Positions 1-9,267 of a stretch of DNA of 64,000 bases are shown piece after piece. Source of the stretch: an uncultured Sphingomonas sp. (GTDB taxonomy: Bacteria > Pseudomonadota > Alphaproteobacteria > Sphingomonadales > Sphingomonadaceae); the NCBI RefSeq assembly GCF_964237335.1, contig NZ_CAXSHM010000007.1:8923-72922 (forward strand). The letters run 5' to 3'. The notes beneath the pieces are model-generated. The model was given only the letters and a program-made list of their open reading frames with translations. It was not told the origin of the DNA and did no database searches. How positions within the stretch are numbered: position 1 is the first letter of the stretch; each line of letters opens with the position of its first letter. The position numbers were made by a program, and so were the translations under genes.

Positions 1-80
1 GCGTGGAGCACACGTTCGGCGACCAGGTGTTGTCGGCGATGCGTTACGGCTTCGGCGGTCACGTCGAGATGCCGCAGTGA
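1..80 (+). CDS. 3' end of an unidentified CDS (partial, runs off window start)
   Basis: Open frame from the window edge ending VEHTFGDQVLSAMRYGFGGHVEMPQ then TGA at 78-80. Too short to name. Confidence 0.3.
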   Translation, partial: VEHTFGDQVLSAMRYGFGGHVEMPQ

Positions 81-105
81 GTGGTTCGGCGTTGGAGAAC
101 GGCCG

Positions 106-957
106 ATGAGCGACGGGCGGATCGCGCTCGTCATTTCCGATGTTGACGGCACGTTGGTGGATCGCAAGAAACAGCTCGCACCCGCAACGGTCGATGCGGT
201 CAGGCGGTTGCGTGAAGCGGGGGTGCCGTTCACGATCATCAGCGCGCGGCCGCCTTCGGGCGTGCTGCCGCTGGTAACGACGCTCGGCATCGAGGGACCG
301 GTCGGCGCCTTCAACGGCGGCACGATTTTCAAGGCTGATGGGACGACCATCGAGCGGCACTCGATCGATCCAGACGTGGTGCGAGGCATGTTCGCGCTCG
401 TCGCGGACGCGCCGGTGTCGGCGTGGGTGTTCTCGGAAGGGCAGTGGCATGCCGACACGCTCGACAACCCGCACGTCCCCAACGAGCGGATCGCCGCCAA
501 TCAGGAGCCCGTCGTTCTCACCGACATGAGCGCGCTGTACGACAAGGCCGACAAGGTGACCTTCGTCAGCGACGATCCCGCCCTGCTCGGCCGGCTGACA
601 CGCGAAGGGCATGACCGGTACGGCGACAAGGCCACGATCGGCCAGTCGCAGACCTATTATCTCGACGTTACCGACCTGGCCGCCAACAAGGGGACCGGTG
701 TCGAGGCGTTGGCGAAGGCGCATGGCGTCGCGCTGGCGCAGGTTGCGGTGTTCGGCGACATGAACAACGACGTTCCGATGTTCGATCTCGCCGGCTTCTC
801 GGTCGCGATGGGGCAGGCGCCTGCGGATGTGAAGGCGCGCGCCGATGCGGTGAGCACCAGCAACGACGACGACGGGGTCGCGCACGCGATCGACACGATG
901 GTTCTGCCGCGCCTGGGGGTGCCGGCTCGGTTAGAGGCTCAGGGGGGCACGAAATGA
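106..957 (+). CDS. Cof-type HAD-IIB family hydrolase (sugar phosphatase-like)
   Basis: 283 aa. N-terminal DVDGTLV motif, FGDMNNDVPMF motif IV, GGAGAA RBS about 6 nt upstream of the ATG. Confidence 0.85.
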   Translation: MSDGRIALVISDVDGTLVDRKKQLAPATVDAVRRLREAGVPFTIISARPPSGVLPLVTTLGIEGPVGAFNGGTIFKADGTTIERHSIDPDVVRGMFALVADAPVSAWVFSEGQWHADTLDNPHVPNERIAANQEPVVLTDMSALYDKADKVTFVSDDPALLGRLTREGHDRYGDKATIGQSQTYYLDVTDLAANKGTGVEALAKAHGVALAQVAVFGDMNNDVPMFDLAGFSVAMGQAPADVKARADAVSTSNDDDGVAHAIDTMVLPRLGVPARLEAQGGTK

Positions 958-1703
958 AGAAACTGGTCGCGTTCGACATGGATGGCACGCTCGCGCTGTC
1001 CAAGCAGAAGCTGGACGAGGACATGGCGGGCAAGCTCGCCAAGCTGCTGACGGTCGCCAAGGTCGCGGTGATATCGGGCGGCGACTGGCCGCAGTTCGAG
1101 AAGCAGGTGGTGTCGCAGCTACCGGCGGACGCCGACACTGATGGTCTGTTTATCCTGCCGACGACGGGCACCAAACTGTACCGCCACGACGGATCGGGTT
1201 GGAAGGCGATCTACGCCGAGCTGTTCGACGATGCGCAGAAGAAGCAGATCGTCGACTCGTTCAACGCCTCGTTGGAGGCAACCGGCTTCAAGCCCGAGCA
1301 GACCTGGGGCGAGCGGATCGAGGATCGCGGCAGCCAGATCACCTTTTCCGCGCTAGGCCAGCAGGCGCCGCTGGACGCCAAGGAGCATTGGGATCCGGAT
1401 TTCGCCAAGCGCAAGGTGATCCAGGCGGACCTTCGCCAGCGGCTGCCGGGGCTTGCGATCAACATGGGCGGCGCGACCTCGATCGACATCACGCGCGAGG
1501 GGGTCGACAAGGGCTACGGCCTCAAGAAGCTCGCCGAGCACAGCGGAGTGGATCTCACCGAGATGATCTTCATCGGCGATGCGATCTTTCCGGGCGGCAA
1601 CGACTATCCGGCGATGACGCTTGGCGTCGACTGCATCCGGGTCAAGACGATCGACGACACGCGCTCGGCGATCGACGCGATCGTGTTGTGCCTGAAGGAT
1701 TGA
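954..1703 (+). CDS. HAD-IIB family hydrolase, phosphomannomutase (PMM)-like
   Basis: 249 aa. FDMDGTLA motif, IGDAIFPGGNDYP C-terminal motif. ATGA start/stop overlap with the upstream HAD gene. Confidence 0.8.
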   Translation: MKKLVAFDMDGTLALSKQKLDEDMAGKLAKLLTVAKVAVISGGDWPQFEKQVVSQLPADADTDGLFILPTTGTKLYRHDGSGWKAIYAELFDDAQKKQIVDSFNASLEATGFKPEQTWGERIEDRGSQITFSALGQQAPLDAKEHWDPDFAKRKVIQADLRQRLPGLAINMGGATSIDITREGVDKGYGLKKLAEHSGVDLTEMIFIGDAIFPGGNDYPAMTLGVDCIRVKTIDDTRSAIDAIVLCLKD

Positions 1704-1748
1704 TGCGGGTCTGACAGTTTTGGCGGGCCAGGTAACCCGGTCCGTTAT

Positions 1749-1837
1749 CCGTCATCCCCGCGAAGGCGGGGACCCATCTCCGGCCGTATTGTGGAGCATC
1801 CCATGGCGATGGGTCCCCGCTTTCGCGGGGATGACGG
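1749..1837. repeat. MITE/REP-like palindromic element, family B (CCGTCATCCCCGCGAAGGCGGGGACCCA arms)
   Basis: Left arm ccgtcatccccgcgaaggcggggaccca and right arm tgggtccccgctttcgcggggatgacgg are near-perfect inverted repeats. The element generates the spurious PAFAGMT/VIPAKAGT-type ORFs. Confidence 0.8.
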
Positions 1838-1843
1838 AATGCC

Positions 1844-2035
1844 TTAAACGCCGGCCTCGGGCAGGTCGGGCATCGCATGGTTGCCGTACCCGGCACCCGA
1901 CTCCGCGTCCTCGCCGCCCGTCTGGTTGGGATCGGTCGCTTCCTTCTTGTCCAGTGCCGCGGGCGTGTTCGCCGTCTTTTCCTCGTTGCCGGTGTCCGAT
2001 CCGATCGGGCCCTGGTCGCCGTTGCCTCTGTCCAT
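1844..2035 (-). CDS. small hydrophilic, probably disordered protein (63 aa), hypothetical
   Basis: ATG preceded by AAGGAGAGCGACG. High GC3 codon usage. Sequence MDRGNGDQGPIGSDTGNEEKTANTP... rich in G/D/E/N/T. TAA stop. Confidence 0.5.
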   Translation of the reverse strand: MDRGNGDQGPIGSDTGNEEKTANTPAALDKKEATDPNQTGGEDAESGAGYGNHAMPDLPEAGV

Positions 2036-2090
2036 CGTCGCTCTCCTTGTCGGTATCCGTCATCAACGGTCGAGCACTGTCGAAGCTGCA

Positions 2091-3182
2091 TCAGCCGAAC
2101 AGCTCGCCCTGACGTCCCGGCGGCGGACGAAACAGGTCCGATCGCAGCACGATCCGCTCGGCGTTGAGGCCATGGCGGCGACAGGCGATCTGGAAGCGGG
2201 TGCGCAGAAGCTCCGCCCAAGGCCCGCTGCCCTTCATCCGCGTGAAGAAGCCGGGATCGTTGTCACGGCCGTCGCGCAAGCCGCGGATCGTCGCCATCAC
2301 CTTGGCCGCGCGATCGGGGAAATGCTCGTCGAGCCAAGCGCGGAATAGCGGCGCGACCTCATGTGGTAGCCGTACCGGGATGAAGAACGCATGGCGGGCG
2401 CCGGCGTCGGCCGCATGCGCGAGGATCGCCTCGACCTCATGGTCGGTGATCGCCGGGATGACGGGCGCGATCGAGACGTAGACGGGCACACCCGCCTCCG
2501 ACAGTCGCCGCACGGCCGCCAGCCGCCGGGCGGGGGTCGGCGCGCGCGGCTCGACGGTGCCCGCCACCTTGGCATCGAGCGAGGTGATCGACACGCACAC
2601 GGTCGCCAGCCCCTTGGCCGCCATCGCTGCTAGCAGGTTGATGTCCTGCACCACGCGATCGGATTTGGTGGTGATCGTCACCGGATGATCGCACTCGGCG
2701 AGCACCTCCAGCACGCCGCGCGTGATCCGCCAGTCGCGCTCGATCGGCTGGTAGGGATCAGTGTTGGTCCCCAGCGCCATCGGCTTGGCGACATAGCCCG
2801 GCCGCGCGAGCTCGGCGCGCAGTAACACCGCCGCATCGAGCTTGGCGAACAGCCGGCTCTCGAAATCCAGCCCCGGCGACAGATCGTGATACGCGTGGGT
2901 GGGCCGTGCGAAACAATAGATGCAGCCATGCTCGCACCCGCGATAGGGGTTGATCGAGCGGTCGAACGGCACGTCGGGCGAGGCGTTGCGGCTGATAATC
3001 GTGCGCGGGTGCTCGACCGTCACCGTGGTGCGCAGCGGCGGCGCGGCCCCATCCACGAGGTCGCGGGCATCGAGCCAGTCGCCGTCGGACTCGATCGTCG
3101 GCAGCGCGAACCGGGCGCTCTCCCAATTGACGGTCGCGCCGCGGTCGGGTCGGGGACGGGTTCCGGGCTGGGCCATTGACAC
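2091..3182 (-). CDS. PA0069-family radical SAM protein
   Basis: 363 aa. CEHGCIYCFARPTH (CxxxCxxC) cluster motif and overall similarity to the PA0069/Rv2578c-type family. Confidence 0.85.
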   Translation of the reverse strand: MSMAQPGTRPRPDRGATVNWESARFALPTIESDGDWLDARDLVDGAAPPLRTTVTVEHPRTIISRNASPDVPFDRSINPYRGCEHGCIYCFARPTHAYHDLSPGLDFESRLFAKLDAAVLLRAELARPGYVAKPMALGTNTDPYQPIERDWRITRGVLEVLAECDHPVTITTKSDRVVQDINLLAAMAAKGLATVCVSITSLDAKVAGTVEPRAPTPARRLAAVRRLSEAGVPVYVSIAPVIPAITDHEVEAILAHAADAGARHAFFIPVRLPHEVAPLFRAWLDEHFPDRAAKVMATIRGLRDGRDNDPGFFTRMKGSGPWAELLRTRFQIACRRHGLNAERIVLRSDLFRPPPGRQGELFG

Positions 3183-3232
3183 GGGCTAGAGGCCGTAACA
3201 GAACATAGCAAGAACGAAGTGGAGGAAGGACG

Positions 3233-3583
3233 ATGGCGAGACTGAACTACCTCGAACTGCCGGTCGGCGACGCCGCCGACGCCAAGGCATTCTATGCCGC
3301 CGTGTTCGGCTGGTCGTTCACCGACTTCGGCCCGAGTTATGCCTCGACGATGAGCGGCGACACCGACGTCGGCGTGCAGGCCGATCCGGCGGAGCGCACG
3401 GCGGCGCTGCTGCCGGTGATCGCGGTCGACGATCTGGAGGCGACGCTGGCGGCGGTGGAGCGGGGCCGGGGCGTGGTGACGAAGCCGGTGTTCGCGTTCC
3501 CGGGCGGCCGACGCTTCCACTTCCGCGATCCGGACGGGCATGAACTGGCGGTTATGCAGATCCACAGTCCGGCTGGAACGTGA
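3233..3583 (+). CDS. VOC (glyoxalase/bleomycin resistance) family protein
   Basis: 116 aa. MARLNYLELPV...FYAAVFGWSF...FRDPDGHELAV is a typical single VOC module. Confidence 0.8.
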   Translation: MARLNYLELPVGDAADAKAFYAAVFGWSFTDFGPSYASTMSGDTDVGVQADPAERTAALLPVIAVDDLEATLAAVERGRGVVTKPVFAFPGGRRFHFRDPDGHELAVMQIHSPAGT

Positions 3584-3659
3584 CGCCGCCGTTGAAAGAG
3601 TCGGTTGCGAAACGCCAAGTCCACTGAGAGAATGCTTTTTTGATCTATTAGGGGATGCA

Positions 3660-4180
3660 ATGGCGATGAGAGGATCAATTCTGGCGCTGACTGCGGTTTC
3701 GGCGATCGTGGCTTCGACTTCGGTTAGAGCCAACGACCTGGCTCCATGTCCTGTCGGCATGGTCTGTGCAAGTGATCCGGCAACGATCGTGGCTGCGCTT
3801 CAGAAAGCAGGTTACAAGGCCGAGGTCACCAAAGACAACAGCGGCGATCCCGAGGTCGACAGCTCAGCGGGAGGATATAACTATCAAGTCTATTCTACGA
3901 TTGCGAAACGCATGTCCACTGTAAGTCAATCCAATTTTATGCTAGCTTCAAGGCCGATCCAAAGATAACCTTCGCTTTTGCCAATGAATGGAACCAGTCG
4001 AAGCGGTTCCTCAGCGCTGCGCTGCTAAAAGATGGCGCGCTTGAGCTAAAGCATGATGTGTCGACCGTTGGAGGGATCAATCAGGTAAACTTTGCCGACA
4101 TTGTCGATTGGATGAACACTGCATTGCAGTCATTTGACAAACGGCTAAACGCGCAAACGCCGGCAAAGCCTGGAACCTAA
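3660..4180 (+). pseudogene. secreted YbjN-domain protein, disrupted by a -1 frameshift near 3893
   Basis: Signal peptide MAMRGSILALTAVSAIVASTSVRA. Frame 0 reads ...GGYNYQVY, then hits nonsense and a stop at 3968. From 3893 the adjacent frame reads FYDCETHVHCKSIQFYASFKADPKITFAFANEWNQSKRFLSAALLKDGALELKHDV... to TAA at 4178-4180 with no stops. That sequence is the YbjN hallmark. The region is low in GC. Confidence 0.65.
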
Positions 4181-4184
4181 TTGA

Positions 4185-4715
4185 TCACCGCTCCCTGAGC
4201 CGCGGCATCAGCTCGACGAAGTTGCAGGGCTTGTGGCGGCTGTCGAGTTGGCTCGCGAGGATGCCATCCCAGCCGTCCTTCACCGCGCCGGTCGAGCCTG
4301 GCAGCGCGAACAGATAGGTGCCGCGCGCGACGCCCGCGCAGGCGCGCGACTGGATCGTCGACGTGCCGATCTTGGCGTAGCTGAGCCAGCGGAACAGCTC
4401 GCCGAAGCCGGGGATGATCTTCTCAGCGACTTGGCTGATCGCCTCGGGCGTCACGTCGCGCCCCGTCACGCCGGTGCCGCCGGTGGTGATGATGCAGTCG
4501 ATATCGGGATCGTCGATCCACGCGTCCAGCCGTTCCACGATCAGATCGGTATCGTCGCGGACGAGTCCGCGGTCGGCGAGGAGGTGGCCCGCGCCCAGCA
4601 GCCGCTCGACCAGCGTGTCGCCCGAGCGATCCTCGGCAAGGCCGCGCGTGTCAGACACGGTCAGCACCGCGATCCGGACCGGCAGGAACGTCGCGGCGGT
4701 GTCCGGCGGCATCAA
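4185..4715 (-). CDS. moaB: molybdenum cofactor biosynthesis protein B
   Basis: 176 aa. VLTVSDTR...[16 protein letters not shown]...GFGELFR...LPGSTGAV...PCNF motifs. Confidence 0.85.
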   Translation of the reverse strand: MMPPDTAATFLPVRIAVLTVSDTRGLAEDRSGDTLVERLLGAGHLLADRGLVRDDTDLIVERLDAWIDDPDIDCIITTGGTGVTGRDVTPEAISQVAEKIIPGFGELFRWLSYAKIGTSTIQSRACAGVARGTYLFALPGSTGAVKDGWDGILASQLDSRHKPCNFVELMPRLRER

Positions 4716-4725
4716 TCCGCCCGGA

Positions 4726-6609
4726 TCAATCGGCCGTCGCGAAGGTGCGCGCCGGCGATGCGAGGCTGACCGGCACGCTCGCGCTCGTCGCGACCACGCT
4801 GGCGGTCGCGGTGCGCAGCGGCCGCGCGTTCATCCGGATGGCGCTTGGGCCCGCGAGGCCCGGGAAGCGCGGCCACATGCCCTGCGCCAGTGCCACCCGG
4901 CTCGGCGACGCGCCCTTGCCCGCCGAGGTGCCGAGCTGCCCCTCGTACATCCAGTAGTTGCGCAGCACCGTCATCACATAGCCGCGCGTCTCCCAATAGG
5001 GGATCGACTCGATGTAGAGCAGCGGATCGCCGCCGTCGCGCGACAGGGCGTTCCACAGCTGAACCGGTACCGGCCCGGCGTTATAGGCCGCGATCACCTT
5101 GGGCAGCAGCCCGCCCGTTGCCTGCTGGTCGCGCAGCCGCTCGAGCTGCATCTGGCCTAGCTCCATGTTGGTCGACGGCAGACGGAGCGCAGCGCGATCG
5201 GGCAGCGTGCCATGCGCGCGCGCATAATCCTTGGCGACCGACGGCATGATCTGCATCAGGCCATAGGCGCCGGCATGGCTGACGACGTCGGTGCGGAAGC
5301 GCGATTCCTGCAGCGTGTGCGCGTAGACCAGCGCCTTGTCGACGCGCCAGCCGCCGTCCGGCGTCCAGTTGGGAGCGGGATAGCGCGCCGCCACCGTCGG
5401 CGTGATGCCTACGGGTCCGTTGTGCGATAGCCAGATCACCGTCGCCGGCAGGTCGAGCTTGGCGGCGAGCCGGACGAGCGGCGCGAAATCATTGGGGTCG
5501 CCGATCGCGGCCTGATGCCGAAGCACCTGGTCCGCGAGCGTCGCCTCGCCGATCTCGGTCAGCGCGGCGGCGACGCGGATGTTCGGGCGCCGCTCCAGCG
5601 CGACCCAGTCGGCGAGGACGAACCGGTCACCCGCCTTCGCGCGCGGGTCCTGGATGCCGAGCGACTGGCGCGCGAGGAGGCCGTAGAAGGTCTCCTTGAA
5701 CTGGCTGGCGTTCTTCAGCCGCGCCTCGATCCGGTCGGGACGGCCGCAGGCCATGTCGGCGCGCGCGGCCCAGAACAGCCCGGCGGCGCGCAACTCGGTA
5801 TCGGATGCGCGGGCGGCGACGTCCTCGAACGCCTTGCCGGCGGCGGTGCAATCGTCCTGGCGCCACGCGGCGAGCGCGCCGATCCACTCGCCCTGGATCG
5901 CCCAGTCGCCGCTACCCGCGGAGGCCTTGGCGGCCATGACGCGAGCGTTGGCGTCATCGCCCTGCAGGTAGTAGATCCAGCCCACCTTCTGCTGCCACTC
6001 GGTCTGCGCATCGGGTGACAGCCCGTCGGTCGCATCGAGCAGCGCCTGCGCGGCGGCGCCTTGATCGTCCTTGACGTACGGCTGCATCTTCTGCGCCAGA
6101 TCGGCGGCGATCAGGTCGCTCTTGATGCTCTTGGCGCGCGCACGGCTGGGAGAGCCGTCGATCCAGGTCATGCGCTGCGCCACCGGCAGCTCGGGCAGGT
6201 CGCTCGCGCCCTTCGCGCGCGCCAGGCGGGCGAGCGCGTCGGCCTCCGGCAGTTCGGGCGATTGCGTCAGCACCTCGACGATCGGCGCGGCCTCCACCTT
6301 GGGCGAGCCATGCGATGTATACAGTTCGGCGCGGGCGATCGCATGGAGCGGTCCGGGCTTCATCCCGTCAAGCGCGAGCTGCGCGTCGGTCCAGCGGCTC
6401 TCGCGGATCGCCTGGAAAACGGTGCGATACCCCGCCCGCTGCGTGGCATCGAGCTGGTCGGGTATGCCGTCGCCCTTGGGTGCCACGTGGATGCCTGCCG
6501 ATCCCTCCGCGGGCGTGGCGTCCGTATCGCTGGGCGCGGCCCAAGCCGGACCCGCAATCGCCGCTCCCGCCAGCATCGCCGCCGCCACCATCGTCCTGCG
6601 TCGCGTCAT
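4726..6609 (-). CDS. soluble lytic murein transglycosylase (Slt70-like)
   Basis: C-terminal SLT domain (ESRF...GLMQIMP...AYNAGP) after a long superhelical Ala-rich domain. Start taken at [24 protein letters not shown] (signal peptide), which makes an ATGA overlap with the upstream gene. The track ORF extends to 6648. Confidence 0.85.
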   Translation of the reverse strand: MTRRRTMVAAAMLAGAAIAGPAWAAPSDTDATPAEGSAGIHVAPKGDGIPDQLDATQRAGYRTVFQAIRESRWTDAQLALDGMKPGPLHAIARAELYTSHGSPKVEAAPIVEVLTQSPELPEADALARLARAKGASDLPELPVAQRMTWIDGSPSRARAKSIKSDLIAADLAQKMQPYVKDDQGAAAQALLDATDGLSPDAQTEWQQKVGWIYYLQGDDANARVMAAKASAGSGDWAIQGEWIGALAAWRQDDCTAAGKAFEDVAARASDTELRAAGLFWAARADMACGRPDRIEARLKNASQFKETFYGLLARQSLGIQDPRAKAGDRFVLADWVALERRPNIRVAAALTEIGEATLADQVLRHQAAIGDPNDFAPLVRLAAKLDLPATVIWLSHNGPVGITPTVAARYPAPNWTPDGGWRVDKALVYAHTLQESRFRTDVVSHAGAYGLMQIMPSVAKDYARAHGTLPDRAALRLPSTNMELGQMQLERLRDQQATGGLLPKVIAAYNAGPVPVQLWNALSRDGGDPLLYIESIPYWETRGYVMTVLRNYWMYEGQLGTSAGKGASPSRVALAQGMWPRFPGLAGPSAIRMNARPLRTATASVVATSASVPVSLASPARTFATAD

Positions 6610-7328
6610 CGCCCGACAATCCCCATCAGCAATCGCAAGTCCCGCCACGCATCCGCCTTGGCCGTCGGTCGCTCCAGCAGGAAGCGCGGATGGAAGCTCG
6701 CTATTACTCCAGCTTCTCCGCTCTCGTGGTTAACGATGTGCAAAGAACCGCGCGCAGCCTGGCAGTCCATCCCAAGCACCGCACGGCTCGCCGCATTGCC
6801 GAGCAGCAGCACGCGTTCCGGCCGCGCGAGCGCCAGATGACGGCGGATCGTCTCGGCAAGCTGCGGCTCGTCAGCGGGCGGGATGCGGCCGGCCGGCGGG
6901 CGGGCGGTTGCGACCGGCACGAGCTGGACCGTCCCGCGAGACAGGCCGATCGCGGCGAGCATCCGATCGAGCAACACGCCGCTCGTGCCGCTCATCAGCC
7001 GTCCGGCGGTCAGGTCCTCGCGGTCGGGCAGGTCGGTGACGACGATCGTCGTGGTGACGGCGCCCTCCGGTCCGAGCCGTCGGCCGGGCCAGGCGGCTTC
7101 GGGCGCGCCCGGCCCGATCCGCCAGGCGAGGAAGCTCGCGAGGTCGGCGGGCATCGCGGCCGGTCCGGGTGCGGGGCTGACGGGCTGCGCGGGCGCGACT
7201 GGCGGTGGCGGCTCGAGCCAATCGACCGGGTCCTCGTCTACCAGCAGATCGACCCCGGCATCCCGCCACCAGTCGAGCGTGCTGGCCGCGAGCGCGCGCC
7301 AATCAAGTTTCTGGTATGCTCCCATCAC
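6606..7328 (-). CDS. uracil-DNA glycosylase superfamily protein (family-4-like with N-terminal extension)
   Basis: 240 aa. C-terminal part (VVTDLP...GRLLDRMLAAIGL...HPRFLL) resembles the UDG fold family commonly annotated in alphaproteobacteria. Confidence 0.6.
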   Translation of the reverse strand: MMGAYQKLDWRALAASTLDWWRDAGVDLLVDEDPVDWLEPPPPVAPAQPVSPAPGPAAMPADLASFLAWRIGPGAPEAAWPGRRLGPEGAVTTTIVVTDLPDREDLTAGRLMSGTSGVLLDRMLAAIGLSRGTVQLVPVATARPPAGRIPPADEPQLAETIRRHLALARPERVLLLGNAASRAVLGMDCQAARGSLHIVNHESGEAGVIASFHPRFLLERPTAKADAWRDLRLLMGIVGR

Positions 7329-7441
7329 TCAGGTTACTGCCCCCACGTTGACGACGCCGTCAATCCGCGGAAACGGCGTATAGGATGGAGTGTGGCGGAG
7401 CCGCGTCGAAGATGCGGTATGCCGAGCGAGAGAGAGTTTGA

Positions 7442-9109
7442 GTGATGTCCGAACGCGAGTCGATGCCCTATGATGTGGTGATCGTCGGCGCCGGCCCGGC
7501 AGGGCTGACGGCCGCGATCCGGTTGAAGCAACTGGCGGCGGCCGAACGGGGCGGCGAGCTGTCGGTCTGCGTGCTGGAGAAAGGATCGGAGGTCGGCGCG
7601 CACATCCTGTCGGGCGCGGTGATCGATCCGCGCGCGATGGACGAACTGCTGCCCGACTGGCGCGACACCGATTGTCCGCTGGCCGAGACGCCGGTGACGG
7701 AAAACCTCCATTGGGTGCTGACCAAGGGCAAGAAATACGTCCTGCCGCACCTGTGGACGCCGCCGTTCCTGCACAACGAGGGGACGTATACCTGCTCGCT
7801 CGGCAATCTGTGCCGCTGGCTGGCCGGGCGGGCGGAGGAGTTAGGCGTGGAAATCTTCCCAGGGTTTGCCGCCGCCGAGGTGCTGTTCAACGACGACGGG
7901 TCGGTGAAGGGCGTCGCGACCGGCGACATGGGCGTCGCGCGCGACGGCACGCGCAGGGCCGACGGGCAGGCGGGACTGGAGGGGGACGCGAAATAGACCG
8001 TGCTGGCGGAAGGGGTGCGCGGGCATCTGACCAAGGAGCTGATCCGCACCTTCGACCTCGCGCGCGACGCGCAGCCTCAGGTGTACGGCCTGGGCGTGAA
8101 GGAGCTGTGGGACCTAGCGCCCGAGAAGCACCATCCCGGCCGCGTGATCCACACCCAGGGCTGGCCGCTCAGCGAGACCGATGGGTCGAACGGCGGCGGC
8201 TGGATCTATCATCAGGCCAACGGGCAGGTGTCGATCGGCTTCGTCACCTGGCTGTCCTACACCAATCCGCATCTGTCGCCGTTCAGCGAGATGCAGCGGT
8301 GGAAGACGCACCCGGCGGTGCGCGAGCTCCTGGAAGGCGGCAAGCGCGTGTCCTACGGCGCGCGGGCGATCAACGACGGCGGGTTGCAGTCGATCCCCAA
8401 GCTGACCTTCCCGGGTGGTGCGCTGATCGGCTGCTCGGCGGGTTTCCTCAACGTGCCGCGCATCAAGGGCACGCACGGCGCGATGAAGTCGGGCATGATG
8501 GCGGCGGAAGCGGCGTTCGACGCGGTCCAGGCCGGGCGCTCGGGCGACGAGCTGTCCGCTTATCCCGCCGCGTTCGAGGCGAGCTGGCTGCACAAGGAGC
8601 TTTCGATCGTCCGAAACGTCGTGCCGATCGTCAAGAAGTTCGGCGACTTCGTCGGCTCGGGCCTGTCGGGCATCACCATGTGGCTCGAGCATTTCGGCCT
8701 CAAGATGCCCTTCACGATGAAGCACCACCCCGATCACGAGAGCCTGTGGCGCAAGGACCTGGTCAAGCCGATCGACTATCCCAAGCCCGACGGCAAGCTG
8801 ACGTTCGATCGCCTGTCGTCGGTGTTCCTGTCCAACACCAACCACGAGGAGGATCAGCCGGTCCACCTGACGCTGCGCGATCCCGCGGTTCCGATCGAGT
8901 ACGACCTTCCGATGTACGACGAGCCGGCGCAGCGATATTGCCCGGCCGGCGTGTACGAGGTGGTGGGGCAGGACACGAATGAGCCGCGCTTCGTCATCAA
9001 TGCGCAGAACTGCGTCCACTGCAAGACGTGCGACATCAAGGACCCGACGCAGAACATCAACTGGGTGGTGCCCGAAGGCGGCGGAGGACCGAACTACCCC
9101 AACATGTAG
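7442..9109 (+). pseudogene. electron transfer flavoprotein-ubiquinone oxidoreductase (ETF-QO) interrupted by an in-frame TAG at 7994-7996
   Basis: ORFs 7442-7996 (FAD-binding GAGPAGL N-terminus) and 8000-9109 (C-terminal 4Fe-4S region CVHCKTCDIKDP) are in the same frame. They read ...GLEGDAK-TAG-TVLAEGVRGHLTK across the conserved AK(Y/V)T(L/I)FAEG segment. Confidence 0.8.
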
Positions 9110-9160
9110 GCACCTCGCCGTAGCGTAGTGCGGCGGTTGGCCCGTCACCCCGTCCACACG

Positions 9161-9246
9161 CCGTCACCCCGGGCTTGACCCGGGGGCCCGCTTCTTCTTC
9201 GAAACCCGAAGGTAACGGCGGGACACCGGCTCAAGGCGGCGGTGAC
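9161..9246. repeat. MITE/REP-like palindromic element, family D (CCGTCACCCCGGGCTTGACCCGGGG arms)
   Basis: Terminal inverted repeats gtcaccccgggcttgacccggg / ccggctcaaggcggcggtgac. Lies in the ETF-QO/ispE spacer. Confidence 0.7.
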
Positions 9247-9267
9247 TAGGAAAGGGCGATCCGGACG

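Noticed and set aside
7994-7996. Programmed TAG recoding (pyrrolysine or suppressor-type) to explain the in-frame TAGs in ETF-QO and in the amidotransferase remnant at 42247-42249.
   Set aside because: TAG is used as an ordinary terminator for several intact genes in this window: the ETF-QO end at 9107-9109, the lipid kinase at 16090-16092, valS at 37421-37423, pepO at 63004-63006 and the hypothetical at 18782. No pyl genes or suppressor tRNA are visible. A simple nonsense mutation or a sequencing error is more parsimonious.
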